A stretch of 64,000 nt of DNA from Macrostomum lignano (Eukaryota): positions 90,343 through 154,342 of the forward strand of contig NIVC01002098.1 of assembly GCA_002269645.1 (NCBI GenBank). The letters are read 5' to 3'. Both the position numbers and the translations under genes were made by a program. Position 1 is the stretch's first letter, and each line of letters opens with the position of its first letter. Of the stretch, positions 12,241 through 24,200 are shown piece by piece. The notes under the pieces were generated by a model, which did no database searches, was not told where the DNA came from, and saw only the letters and a program-made list of their open reading frames with translations.

Positions 12241-15200
12241 CTAACTGGCGGAGGCTGAGGTGGCAGCGGCCCGCATCTGGCGGAGGGTCTCGTGGCAGCG
12301 GGCGCAGACGCGCACCGGCTCCCGGTATTGTGGCGGCAGCGGGGCGCTGTGCGACGAGCACTCGGCGCAGAACACTTCGCCGCAGTTTCGGCAGTGATGC
12401 TGAAGCAATGTTGGCGGTATGAATATAACGAATAAGATGCTTTATAGTACTTTTAAGTAGCATATAATCAATGGTCTGATGAACCTTCTGACTTTTCCGG
12501 ATGAATTTCGGGCTATAGTGATGAGTGTACATTGTCTTCATTGTACGTGTTATCATTTACTTCGGCATCAGTGCTTGCTAGTCCACAGCTTGCACGCCAT
12601 ACTCATTTTGCTACGGGTCAGAGCGCGAGTCCTCACTCACAGCATTGTAAAAATAACAATCGCGCGCTCACCCGTCGCAGCGTGAGGCTGAACATCTTCT
12701 CGCACTTGCTGCACTGCTTGGCCTGGTCGTCGCGCACCCAGACTCGACTGCGGGTGGTCTCCTGCGACACCTGCAGCCGCTGATTGTCTCGGCCAATGTC
12801 CAGCAGCGCCGACTGCAGCTCCTCCAGTTGGCGCCGCTGCTCGGCCAGCTCCCGGTTGAGCCGGTCGCGCTCGTCAGCGTCCACTATGAGGCGCTCGGTG
12901 AGGCGGCGCTTCTCCTCGTCCAGCTCGTCCACTTGGCGCTCGCTCTCTGAATAGTAATTACAGCTTGCTACTCGCGTGATGCTACTGGGGAGTAGTCAGA
13001 CAGACTGGGAGGGTCTGTATTTCTACCGCAGCTCAGAGCTGCTGCCCAAACACAGCAGGGCGAACTGCAGCTCAGAGCTGCTGCCCAATCACAGCAGGGC
13101 GAACTGCAGCTCAGAGCTGCTGCCCAATCACAGCAGGGCGAACTGCAGCTCAGCTTAATTTGTCACTCGCTCACTGCGGCTGAATTTAAAAGTGACGCAA
13201 GCTGTCTATTCAGCTGCATACAAACCCTATGTAGTCATGTAATGAAATCATTACACACTATTGTGTCTGAGTCAGACAGACGAATAAGGCAGGTGGCAGG
13301 AACCTCACCCTTCTTAGCGACCTCAGCAGCCTCAGTCAGGCGCTGAATCTCCGCCCGCATTGACTCCGCCGCTTTGCCAGCCTCCGCCAGATCGGCCTCC
13401 GCAGTGGAGAGCCGCTCAGCTCCCTGCAGCTGCTCCGTCTCCTGCAGCAGTTAATTGCAACAATGCAAAATGATAGAGATTAGCCAATCAGCAATCAGCT
13501 GGGCAGCCCGATTGCACTCACGCATTTCAGCCGCAGTTCTCTGAGCTCTGCATCTCGACCGTCCCGTTCAGCCTCTGTGGCAGCCAGCTGTTCAGCGAGT
13601 TTCGCCAGCTCGGCCGCTTTGATGTCAACCGATTCGCGCAGACTCCCTTCAGACTGTTGCAGCGATTCGATGCTTGCCGACAGCTCTGACACTCGCTGCG
13701 GGTGTGGCCATTCCGATTGACCAATCAGAGAGATGCTAAAGGGAAGCCTCAATAATCACTGACCAATCAGAGAGAAGCTAAAGGGAAGCCTCATTAATCA
13801 CTGACCAATCAGAGAGAAGCTAAAGGGAAGCCTCATTAATCACTGACCAATCAGAGAGAAGCTAAAGGGAAGCCTCATTAATCACTGACCAATCAGAGAG
13901 AAGCTGAAGGCAAGCCTGCTAATCTCCCATGTACTAGCAAAGGCGCCCGCGGTTCACGTTACTCACCTGTTCAAGCTCCTCATGCCGAGCAGCCGCCAGA
14001 TCCAGCTGCTCTCGCGACTGCGCCAACTCCGATGTCAGACGATCGTTGGCGGCAGATGTCTCGGCTAGCTTTGTTGTCAGAGAGTCCCTCTCCTGACAGG
14101 CTGTTGCCAACTCCTGACGAGTGCCAGTCAGCTCACTGGTCAGCGAGTCCCGCTCCTGACAGGCTGTCGCCAACTCCTGACGAGTGCCAGTCAGCTCACT
14201 AGTCAGCGAGTCCCGCTCCTGACAGGCTGTCGCCAACTCCTGACGAGTGCCAGTCAGCTCACTAGTCAGCGAGTCCCGCTCCTGACAGGCTGTCGCCAAC
14301 TCCTGACGAGTGCCAGTCAGCTCACTAGTCAGCGATTCCCGCTCCTGACAGGCTGTCGCCAACTCCTGACGAGTGCCAGTCAGCTCACTAGTCAGCGATT
14401 CCCGCTCCTGACAGGCTGTCGCCAACTCCTGACGAGTGCCAGTCAGCTCACTAGTCAGCGAGTCCCGCTCCCGTTCGAGTCCCGCAACTTTCTTCTGCGC
14501 AGATGTCAGCTCCTCCGTCAGCGAGTCCCTTTGCTGACAGAGTTCATTAAACTCCCGACGCGAACTTTCTAGCTGCAATACAATCGAATCCCGCTCTGCA
14601 CTGATTTTGTTGGCTTCCTCGCGAACCGAGGCAACATTTTCAGCTAGCGAGTCCCGCTCCTGCACCAGCTTATCCAAATCCGAGCGAGTGGCAGCTAAAT
14701 CCGCTGTCAGCGAGTCCCGCTCCTGCACCAGCTTATCCAAATCCGAGCGAGTGGCAGCTAAATCCGCTGTCAGCGAGTCCCGCTCCTGCACCAGCTTATC
14801 CAAATCCGAGCGAGTGGCAGCTAAATCCGCTGTCAGCGAGTCCCGCTCCTGCACCAGCTTATCCAAATCCGAGCGAGTGGCAGCTAAATCCGCTGTCAGC
14901 GAGTCCCGCTCCTGCACCAGCTTATCCAAATCCGAGCGAGTGGCAGCTAAATCCGCTGTCAGCGAGTCCCGCTCCTGCACCAGCTTATCCAAATCCGAGC
15001 GAGCAGTCGTCAAGTCTGCTGTCAGCGAGTCCCGCTCCTGCACCAGCTTATCCAAATCTGAGCGAGCGGCAGCTAAATCCGCTGTCAGCGACTGGCGAGT
15101 TGCATTTAACTCAGTTGTCAGCGCGTTAATTTCTAAGCGCGCGCTGCTCAAATCGGCTGCTAGGGAGTCGCGCTGGCCTGAGAGGCTGTCTGCCCTCTGT

Positions 15201-18200
15201 CTGCCGGTCTCGGCTTCAGCGGCCGCATCCGCCAGACTGGCTTTCAATTCGGCCAGCTCTGCCTGCGGAATAAAATCACACAAGAGCGCTAATTACAAGC
15301 TCACACAGGGTGTACGCGGCCTTGACTTTCTATTCGTCAGACATGTACACCCTGTGCCTCGGGGGCTGGCAAGTTTGCGTGCACAAGCCCCAAATGAATG
15401 TGGCCGCGCAGGGGTCGTGGCGCGAGAGTCGGATGACCAACTTTGCTCCTTGCTAATTAGACTACTGACAGTAACAGTACTGAATTTGTTTCGTAATTTT
15501 GTAGTTCCTCGTATTCTTACCTCGTGCTTCTCGCGAGCGGCAGTTAGCGAGTGCTCCAATTTCTGAAGCTTCTTCTGCTGCTTGGCCATTGACTTGCTCT
15601 GCTCCTGCTCAAGGTGGACAAGTCAAGGTCAATACTATTGTTAACCGGAACTGAGCCCTGCTGTAATGCTGTACTAACCGCTCACCTGCTTTTCAGACTC
15701 CAGCTGGCTGGCGCTGCTCTTCAGCGCGTCCAGCTCCTCGGCCAGCCGGCCCTGCATCGACTCCGCCGTCTGGATCGTCTCAGTCGCATCGGCCAGTCGC
15801 CGCTCGGCCTGGTCGGCCCGATCTCTCTGGCCGGACACAGCGGAGCGAAGCTCTCCGCAGGAGGCCTCGGCCGCCGCTAGTCGCGTCCGCAGGTCCTCGG
15901 CCAAGCCGTCCAGCTCGCGCTCTCGACTGGCGGACTCGGCTGCCTCGGCAGCGGACTCCGACTGCAGCCGATCGATTTTGTCGGCTAGCAGCCGCTCCAG
16001 GTCGCATTTTTCATTGTAGGCCGTCTGGCTGGCCGATAGCTGCTGGCGCACTTCGGACAGAGTCTGCAGGAGTAGCGGAGGCAAGAGTCTCACTATATGA
16101 GATCCTTGAGTCTCACTGAGATCCTTGAGTCTCACTATATGAGATCCTTGAGTCTCACTATATGAGATCCTTGAGTCTCACTATATGAGATCCTTGAGTC
16201 TCACTGAGATCCTTGAGTCTCACTATATGAGATCCTTGAGTCTCACTATATGAGATCCTTGAGTCTCCACTTGAGACAACCTCACCTGTTGCAGCCGTTG
16301 CGTTTCCTCTTCGCGACTGGCCGCTGCATCGGCCGCCTCGCGTCTCAGCGCTTCGATTTGCGCCTCCGCCTCGGTGCGCGCGTCGCGCTCGGCGGCCGCC
16401 TCGGCCCGTCGGTTCGACAGCTCGTCGGATAGCTGGCGCTCGCGATCCTCGGCGGCGCGAGATGAAGCTTCCAGCTGCCGTTGAGATGGGATTATTTTAG
16501 AAAATTTAATACCAGTGGCTGTATTACTCATGGGTGCGATCTATCAGCTGCGTACTAACCGCGGCCAAATCAGCTTAACTTTCAGGGCTGATTCTGGTTG
16601 AGTACTGAAAACAAATAATTTTTTCAGCTTCACTTCAACAGCCTAGTGGGGAACGCAAAGTCTAGCGCAGGCATAGTTAGACAGTTGAAGCGCTAACCTG
16701 AGCCTGCAGTCCGTCAGCTTTCTGGCGCAGCTCAGTCAGCTCAGCGGTCAGCTTGGCGTGCTCCTGCTCCGACTGAGCTGCTTTCTCTCTGAGCAGTTGG
16801 CAGTTCTGTAGGTAAGAAATAGAAAATACGACTGTGGGTGTTTCTTACAGTTTCTAGGGCATCTAAGGGCATTACGCAAATCTAAGGAAATGACAATGAC
16901 AACGCTAACCCGCATAGATTTGCCCAGCGTATCCATTGCCTCCTCCAAGCTGGCCTGCGTCCGAGCCGTCTCGGCCTCCGCGTCAGCTCTGGCCGACTCC
17001 GCCGACCTGGCGGCCTCCTTTGCCTCGGCCAGGCCGGCTTCAAGACTGGCCAGCTCGCTGCGCAGGCAGTCCGCCTGCTCCTCCAGGTTGGCCGCGATCG
17101 CCTCCCGCTCGGCTAGCAGGCGCGCAGTGGCCGCTTCGCGCTCTCGCGCCTGCTTAGCCCGCGCCGCCTCCGCCTCCGCCTCTGTCGCTGAATTGGCCGC
17201 CAGCTCGGCCGCCATTCGAGTCTCGGCTAGCTCAGCGGCCAGCGCCTCCCGAGCGGCCCGCTCGCTGGCCAATCTGGCGCGGGATTCGTCGCGCTGTCGC
17301 GCCAATTCGCGCTCCTGCGCCTGCGCCGCCGCCGTCAGCCTGGCGATCTCGTCGTCGCGCTGGCGCAGCCGCTGGGCCTCGGCGTGCCGCGACTCCTCGC
17401 GAATTGCCGCCGCCTGCCTGTCGAACTCCTGGCGCATCTCGCCGGCCTGCTGGCTGGCCCGCTCCTCTGTGGCCGACACGCGGCGTCTGGCGTCGTCAAG
17501 CTCGGCGCGCAGGCGATCAAGTTCTGAGTCTTTGCTGCGATAAGACGCAGATTTTGAGCACAGATATATGAATTTTTTATTTGAAAAACTAGCGTCTATG
17601 ATGGCACTTTGATGGGATCTCTTAAGACAATTTGGAAATTTAAGACAATGGGATTTGGAGATTTAAGACAATGGGATTCGGGGATCTAAGACAATGGGAT
17701 TCGGGGATCTAAGACAATGGGATTCGGGGATCTAAGACAATGGGATTCGGGGATCTAAGACAATGGGATTCGGGTATCTAAGACAATGGGATTCGGGGAT
17801 CTAAGACAATGGGATTCGGGGATCTAAGACAATGGGATTCGGGGATCTAAGACAATAGGATTCGGGGATCTAAGACAATGGGATTCTGGAATATAAGACA
17901 ATAGGATTTGGGGATCTAAGACAATGGGATTCGGATATGTTTCAATGAAATTTCGGGATCCAAGTCGATGCAACAATTTGTCATCTAAGACGCTGCGAGC
18001 TCGGTTACTAAGATGATGAATTGAGGTTTAGAGCTTCTTCAAAACCCCCATTTGCATGTACTCGTAAGTGTATTAGGATCCCCCACATGGCAACAGACGC
18101 CGAGAAGTCCTGTACCTGGCCAAGATGTCGCGGGACTCGGCCTCCTTGGCGGTGGCGGCCTCGGCGGCGGCCAGCTCCACAGCTGCCAGCCGGTGCTGCA

Positions 18201-21200
18201 GTTCGGCGCGCAGCTCCTCGATTCGCGCCTCGGCCGCCTGTTCAGCCGAGCGCTGATTGGCCGCGCTGTCATCCTGCAGCTGCCGGCGGAGCTGCTGGAG
18301 CTCCGTGTCTTTCCTGGGAGAGGATGGGCTGGCTTTTGAAATCCTATCTGGGGATTATTTGGTTCAGAATCCCATCTGGGGATTATAGCTGGGTTTAGAA
18401 TCCCATCTGGGGATTATAGGGCTCAGAATCCCATCTGGGGGATTATAGGGTTTAGAATCCCATCTGGGGGATTATAGGGCTCAGAATCCCATCTGGGGGA
18501 TTATAGGGTTCAGAATCCCATCTGGGGATTATAGGGTTCGAAATCCCATCTGGGGGATTAAGTTTCAAAACCGTATCTGTGGATTACTGCGGTAGATTCC
18601 CTACAGACTCAATACCAATAGGCAGTCAAACACTGAGAGTCTCACTGCTGCCGCAGCTCCTGCAGTTTGGTCTCCATATCGGTGGCCAGAGATTTGCGCA
18701 GCTCCTGCAGTTTTCTAGCCGACTCGATGCCGGCATCTTCTAATCGGGTCTGCAGCTCTGCGCTGGCCTGCTTCAGCTCTTGAACCTGCTGACGGTGCCT
18801 GCATGTCGTTGTTTAAATATTTCGGTTTTTTCCAGTTTTTTAGAAAGTGGATTCATCCTTAGCGCAGAAATCGCATGAGAAAATGTCTCACTTTTGACTG
18901 GCATTCTTAGCTCTGAGCTCGATGGCCTGTTTCTCATCGGTTAGGGCTTTCACGGCTCGCTCGGACTCGCTAAATTGATGGGTTGAAATTACTTAAGACT
19001 AATTAAATAAAATAGGAAACTAATAAAAATAAACTAACGCTTACTCTGCCTTAGCTTGCAACTCAGAGCGCAGCGATTCAATCTCTTTGTCGCGACTGAA
19101 AGCGGCAGTTTAAAAATAGACAGAAGTATAACAGAGGCGACACTTTAATAACTATATTTAAACTCACTGTTTGATTTCACTGTCAGCCTTTTGTTGGCTG
19201 CTCTGCTTTTCCGACATCAGATTCTTCAGGGCTTCATCAGCGGACCTGCAAGATTTTGAACATTTACGCCGCGTGAAGGCTGAAGTTTGTTGAATAGCCA
19301 AGTATTGCTGCGTAGCAAAGTAAGAATAGATGCGGGAGGGAGTCTGAGTGAGAGGTGGGGGAAGGAGGGTGAGAGGTGAGATAGAAGGAAAGGCAGATAT
19401 AGAGTGGGAGAGGAAAGCTCCTTTCGAGGAGGGGGAGACAGGGAGGTGGGAAGAGAGAAGGAGAGAAAGAAGGGAGACGTAGAGGGAGGGGAAGGAGAGG
19501 GAGAGGCAGAGGGAGAGGGAGTGGGAGGGTGAGAGGTAGATGGAGAGATAGGAGGAGAGGTAGAGGGAGGGTGAGAGGTAGATGGAGAGATAGGAGGAGA
19601 GGTAGAGGGAGGGTGAGAGGTAGATGGAGAGATAGGAGGAGAGGTAGAGGGAGGGTGAGAGGTAGATGAAGAGATAGGAGGAGAGGTAGAGGGAGGGTGA
19701 GAGGTAGATGGAGAGATAGGAGGAGAGGTAGAGGGAGGGTGAGAGGTAGATGGAGAGATAGGAGGAGAGGTAGAGGGAGGGTGAGAGGTAGATGAAGAGA
19801 TAGGAGGAGAGGTAGAGGGAGGGTGAGAGGTAGATGGAGAGATAGGAGGAGAGGTAGAGGGAGGGTGAGAGGTAGATGGAGAGGGAGGAGGAGAGGTAGA
19901 GGGAGGGTGAGAGGTAGATGGAGAGATAGGAGGAGAGGTAGAGGGAGGGTGAGAGGTAGATGGAGAGATAGGAGGAGAGGTAGAGGGAGGGTGAGAGGTA
20001 GATGAAGAGATAGGAGGAGAGGTAGAGGGAGGGTGAGAGGTAGATGGAGAGATAGGAGGAGAGGTAGAGGAGGGTGAGAGGTAGATGGAGAGGGAGGAGG
20101 AGAGGTAGAGGGAGGGTGAGAGGTAGATGGAGAGATAGGAGGAGAGGTAGAGGGAGGGTGAGAGGTAGATGGAGAGATAGGAGGAGAGGTAGAGGGAGGG
20201 TGAGAGGTAGATGGAGAGATAGGAGGAGAGGTAGAGGGAGGGTGAGAGGTAGATGGAGAGATAGGAGGAGAGGTAGAGGGGGAGGGGATGATGGAGCAGA
20301 AGAATTGAAAGGACAGAAGAGAGGTAAGAAGCGGGGTGGACAGTGCAGGATGGCAGCGCAGCATGGGAGTGCAGCACTTCTCTTACCCAGACTTGGATTG
20401 CAACTCAGTGGTGAGCGATTCGATTTGTTCCTCTTTCCTGCAAATAAACAGCGCACAAAGATTTCCGATCAGCTAAAATAAAATAAAGTCAGTGAAATTT
20501 ATCTACTCATCATACTTTTGAATTTCTTCGTCGGCGATTCTCTCCGACTCAAGCTTCTCAGCGGCCAGTTGTTTCATAGACTGCTCGGCGGCGCTGTAAA
20601 ATAGGGCGATGAAAGAGTAAAGCTTAACTTCAATAATAATTAGGCATGCAATAAAAATAATCCTTCTGTACACTTCAATGAAATCCGCACTCACTCGAGC
20701 TTGGCCTGCAGCTTTTGTTTCAACTTTTCGATCGCTTGGTCTTTTCTGAAAAGAAAGTACACGAAAAACTTTGATTGCTTGCATTAGTGAGAAGATTTTT
20801 AAGAAAAGCATAAAGACACGTCGCATCAAACTGACTTATCACTGGTTTCTTTGAGCAGCTTCTCTAACGCTTGCTTCTCGTCAGATAGTGTTTTCAAGGC
20901 TTTGTCAGCAGATCTGAAATATAAGTAGGGTAACTTTATATAATAAAGCCCTGATAGTAGTGTCTTCACAAGTGGCGCTAAAACTGGTATCTTCACAAGT
21001 GGCGCTAAAACTGGTGTCTTCACAAGTGGCGCTAAAACTGGTGTCTTCACAAGTGGCGCTAAAACTGGTATCTTCACAAGTGGCGCTAAAACTGGTATCT
21101 TCACAAGTGGCGCTAAAACTGGTGTCTTCACAAGTGGCGCTAAAACTGGTGTCTTCACAAGTGGCGCTAAAACTGGTGTCTTCACAAGTGGCGCTAAAAC

Positions 21201-24200
21201 TGGTGTCTTCACAAGTGGCGCTAAAACTGGTATCTTCACAAGTGGCGCTAAAACTGGTGTCTTCACAAGTGGCGCTAAAACTGGTGTCTTCACAAGTGGC
21301 GCTAAAACTAGTATCTTTAAGTGGCGCTAAAACTAGTGTCTTCACAAGTGGCGCTAAAACTGGTGTCTTCACAAGTGGCGCTAAAACTGGTATCTTCACA
21401 AATGGCGCTAAAACTGGTATCTTCACAAGTGGCGCTAAAACTGGTGTCTTCACAAGTGGCGCTAAAACTAGTATCTTTAAGTGGCGCTAAAACTAGTGTC
21501 TTCACAAGTGGCGCTAAAACTGGTGTCTTCACAAGTGGCGCTAAAACTAGTGTCTTCACAAGTGGCGCTAAAACTAGTGTCTTCACAAGTGGCGCTAAAA
21601 CTAGTGTCTTCAAGTGGCGCTAAAACTAGTGTCTTCACAAGTGGCGCCAAAACTAGTGTCTTCAAGTGGCGCTAAAACTAGTATCTTCAAGTGGCGCTAA
21701 AACTAGTGTCTTCACAAGTGGCGCTAAAACTAGTATCTTCAAATGGCGCTAAAACTAGTGTCTTCACAAGTGGCGCTAAAACTAGTGTCTTCAAGTGGCG
21801 CTAAAACTAGTGTCTTCAAGTGGCGCTAAAACTGGTATCTTCACAAGTGGCGCTAAAACTGGTGTCTTCACAAGTGGCGCTAAAACTGGTGTCTTCACAA
21901 GTGGCGCTAAAACTAGTATCTTTAAGTGGCGCTAAAACTAGTGTCTTCACAAGTGGCGCTAAAACTGGTGTCTTCACAAGTGGCGCTAAAACTGGTATCT
22001 TCACAAATGGCGCTAAAACTGGTATCTTCACAAGTGGCGCTAAAACTGGTGTCTTCACAAGTGGCGCTAAAACTAGTATCTTTAAGTGGCGCTAAAACTA
22101 GTGTCTTCACAAGTGGCGCTAAAACTGGTGTCTTCACAAGTGGCGCTAAAACTAGTGTCTTCAGAAGTGGCGCTAAAACTAGTGTCTTCACAAGTGGCGC
22201 TAAAACTAGTGTCTTCAAGTGGCGCTAAAACTAGTGTCTTCACAAGTGGCGCCAAAACTAGTGTCTTCAAGTGGCGCTAAAACTAGTATCTTCAAGTGGC
22301 GCTAAAACTAGTGTCTTCACAAGTGGCGCTAAAACTAGTATCTTCAAATGGCGCTAAAACTAGTGTCTTCACAAGTGGCGCTAAAACTAGTGTCTTCAAG
22401 TGGCGCTAAAACTAGTGTCTTCAAGTGGCGCCAAAACTAGTATCTTCAAGTGGCGCTAAAACTAGTGTCTTCACAAGTGGCGCTAAAACTAGTATCTTCA
22501 AGTGGCGCTAAAACTAGTGTCTTTAAGTGGCGCTAAAACTAGTGTCTTCAAGTGGCGCTAAAACTAGTGTCTTCAAGTGGCGCCAAAACTAGTGTCTTCA
22601 AGTGGCGCTAAAACTGGTGTCTTCAAGTGGCGCTAAAACTAGTGTCTTTAAGTGGCGCTAAAACTAGTGTCTTCAAGTGGCGCCAAAACTAGTGTCTTCA
22701 AGTGGCGCCAAAACTAGTGCCTTAAACTCTTTAAGCAGTACTTACTCAGACTTTGATTTGAGCTCCGCTCTGAGCGCCTCAATAGTCTGTTGTGCACTGA
22801 AAAGGAGGTCAAACTGAAAGCAATGTAAAATTAGCATAATCAAAATTGAAAGTTGAAATTCCAAAAAAGCCAGTCGGTACCGCTGTTTCTCAGCCTCGGC
22901 TGCAGATTCAATCGATTGCTTGCTCTCAGTCAGACTGCTTAGAGCATGTTCGGCTGAGCTGAAATGAAAGATGATATCAATTTGAAATGCATTGTTTTAA
23001 GTAAGTTAATAAATATACTAATAGTTACACTGTACTCATTTATGCTCACTTTAATTTCGATTGCAGCTCAGCATTTTTCTCCGCCAACTCCTGGTCACGT
23101 CTGCAATATTTAAGTGATTATTTTCTTATAAAACTGAGCGTGAACAGAGAAAGAAAATTCAATATCACGGTTTCAAAACAGTACTTTGTAGAATCCTCTT
23201 GTAATTTCTCTAGTGCCAGTTGCTCAGTGGCCAGACTCCGTTGCGCTTCATCTGCGCAGCTGAAGGTAAATTAGTTTATTAATTTTTACATCGGCTTGTA
23301 GCTATGCATAGCAATTTTAGATATATTTAGATAGCTTGAAATTGAGTGGATCACGGGTAGGGGATACTTAGAGAGATTAGATCACAGGTAAGGAATACCT
23401 AGAGAGATTAGATCACAGGTAAGGGATACATAGAGAGATTAGATCTTAGGTAAGGGATACATAGAGAGATTAGATCTCAGGTAAGGGATACCTGGAGAGA
23501 TTAGATCACTAGTAGGGAAATTAGAGAAATTACCTAGAGAAATTAGATCACAGGTAGGATATACTTGGAGAAATTAGATCACAGGTAGGATATACTTGGA
23601 GAAATTAGATCACAGGTAGGATATACTTGGAGAAATTAGATCACAGGTAGGATATACTTGGAGAAATTAGATCACAGGTAGGATATACTTGGAGAAATTA
23701 GATCACAGGTAGGATATACTTGGAGAAATTAGATCACAGGTAGGATATGCTTGGAGAAATTAGATCACAGGTAGGATATACTTGGAGAAATTAGATCACA
23801 GGTAGGATATACTTGGAGAAATTAGATCACAGGTAGGATATACTTGGAGAAATTAGATCACAGGTAGGATATGCTTGGAGAGATAAGATCACAGGTAAGG
23901 AATACCTAGAGAGAGAAGATTACATGTTGAGGATACCTAGAGAGATAAGATCACAGGTAGGAGATACCTAGAGAAATTAGATCACAGGTAGGATATACTT
24001 GGAGAGATAAGATCACAGGTAAGGAATACATAGAAAGATTAGATCACAGGTAGGGGACACCTGGGAGTGAGTGGATCAGGTGGGGCACATGTAAAATTAT
24101 TGAAAAAGTTTGGCATGCTATTGAATATTGTTGAGTCCTACTTTGATTTCAACTGTAGATCCGCTCTAACAGCATGCAATTGTTCGTGATGTCTGAAAAA

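Noticed and set aside
14607-17543. Long plus-strand ORFs opposite EEA1 exons (319 aa, 217 aa)
   Set aside because: Antisense shadows of GC-rich, Ala/Glu/Arg-biased coiled-coil exons.
19164-20481. Long ORFs (430, 383, 366 aa; RGR-rich)
   Set aside because: Translations of the 42-bp polypurine intron repeat; all three minus frames are open for compositional reasons.
20826-22280. KTPVLAPLV / SSQVALKLV repeat ORFs
   Set aside because: Products of the 27-bp intronic minisatellite, broken by 25-bp units.
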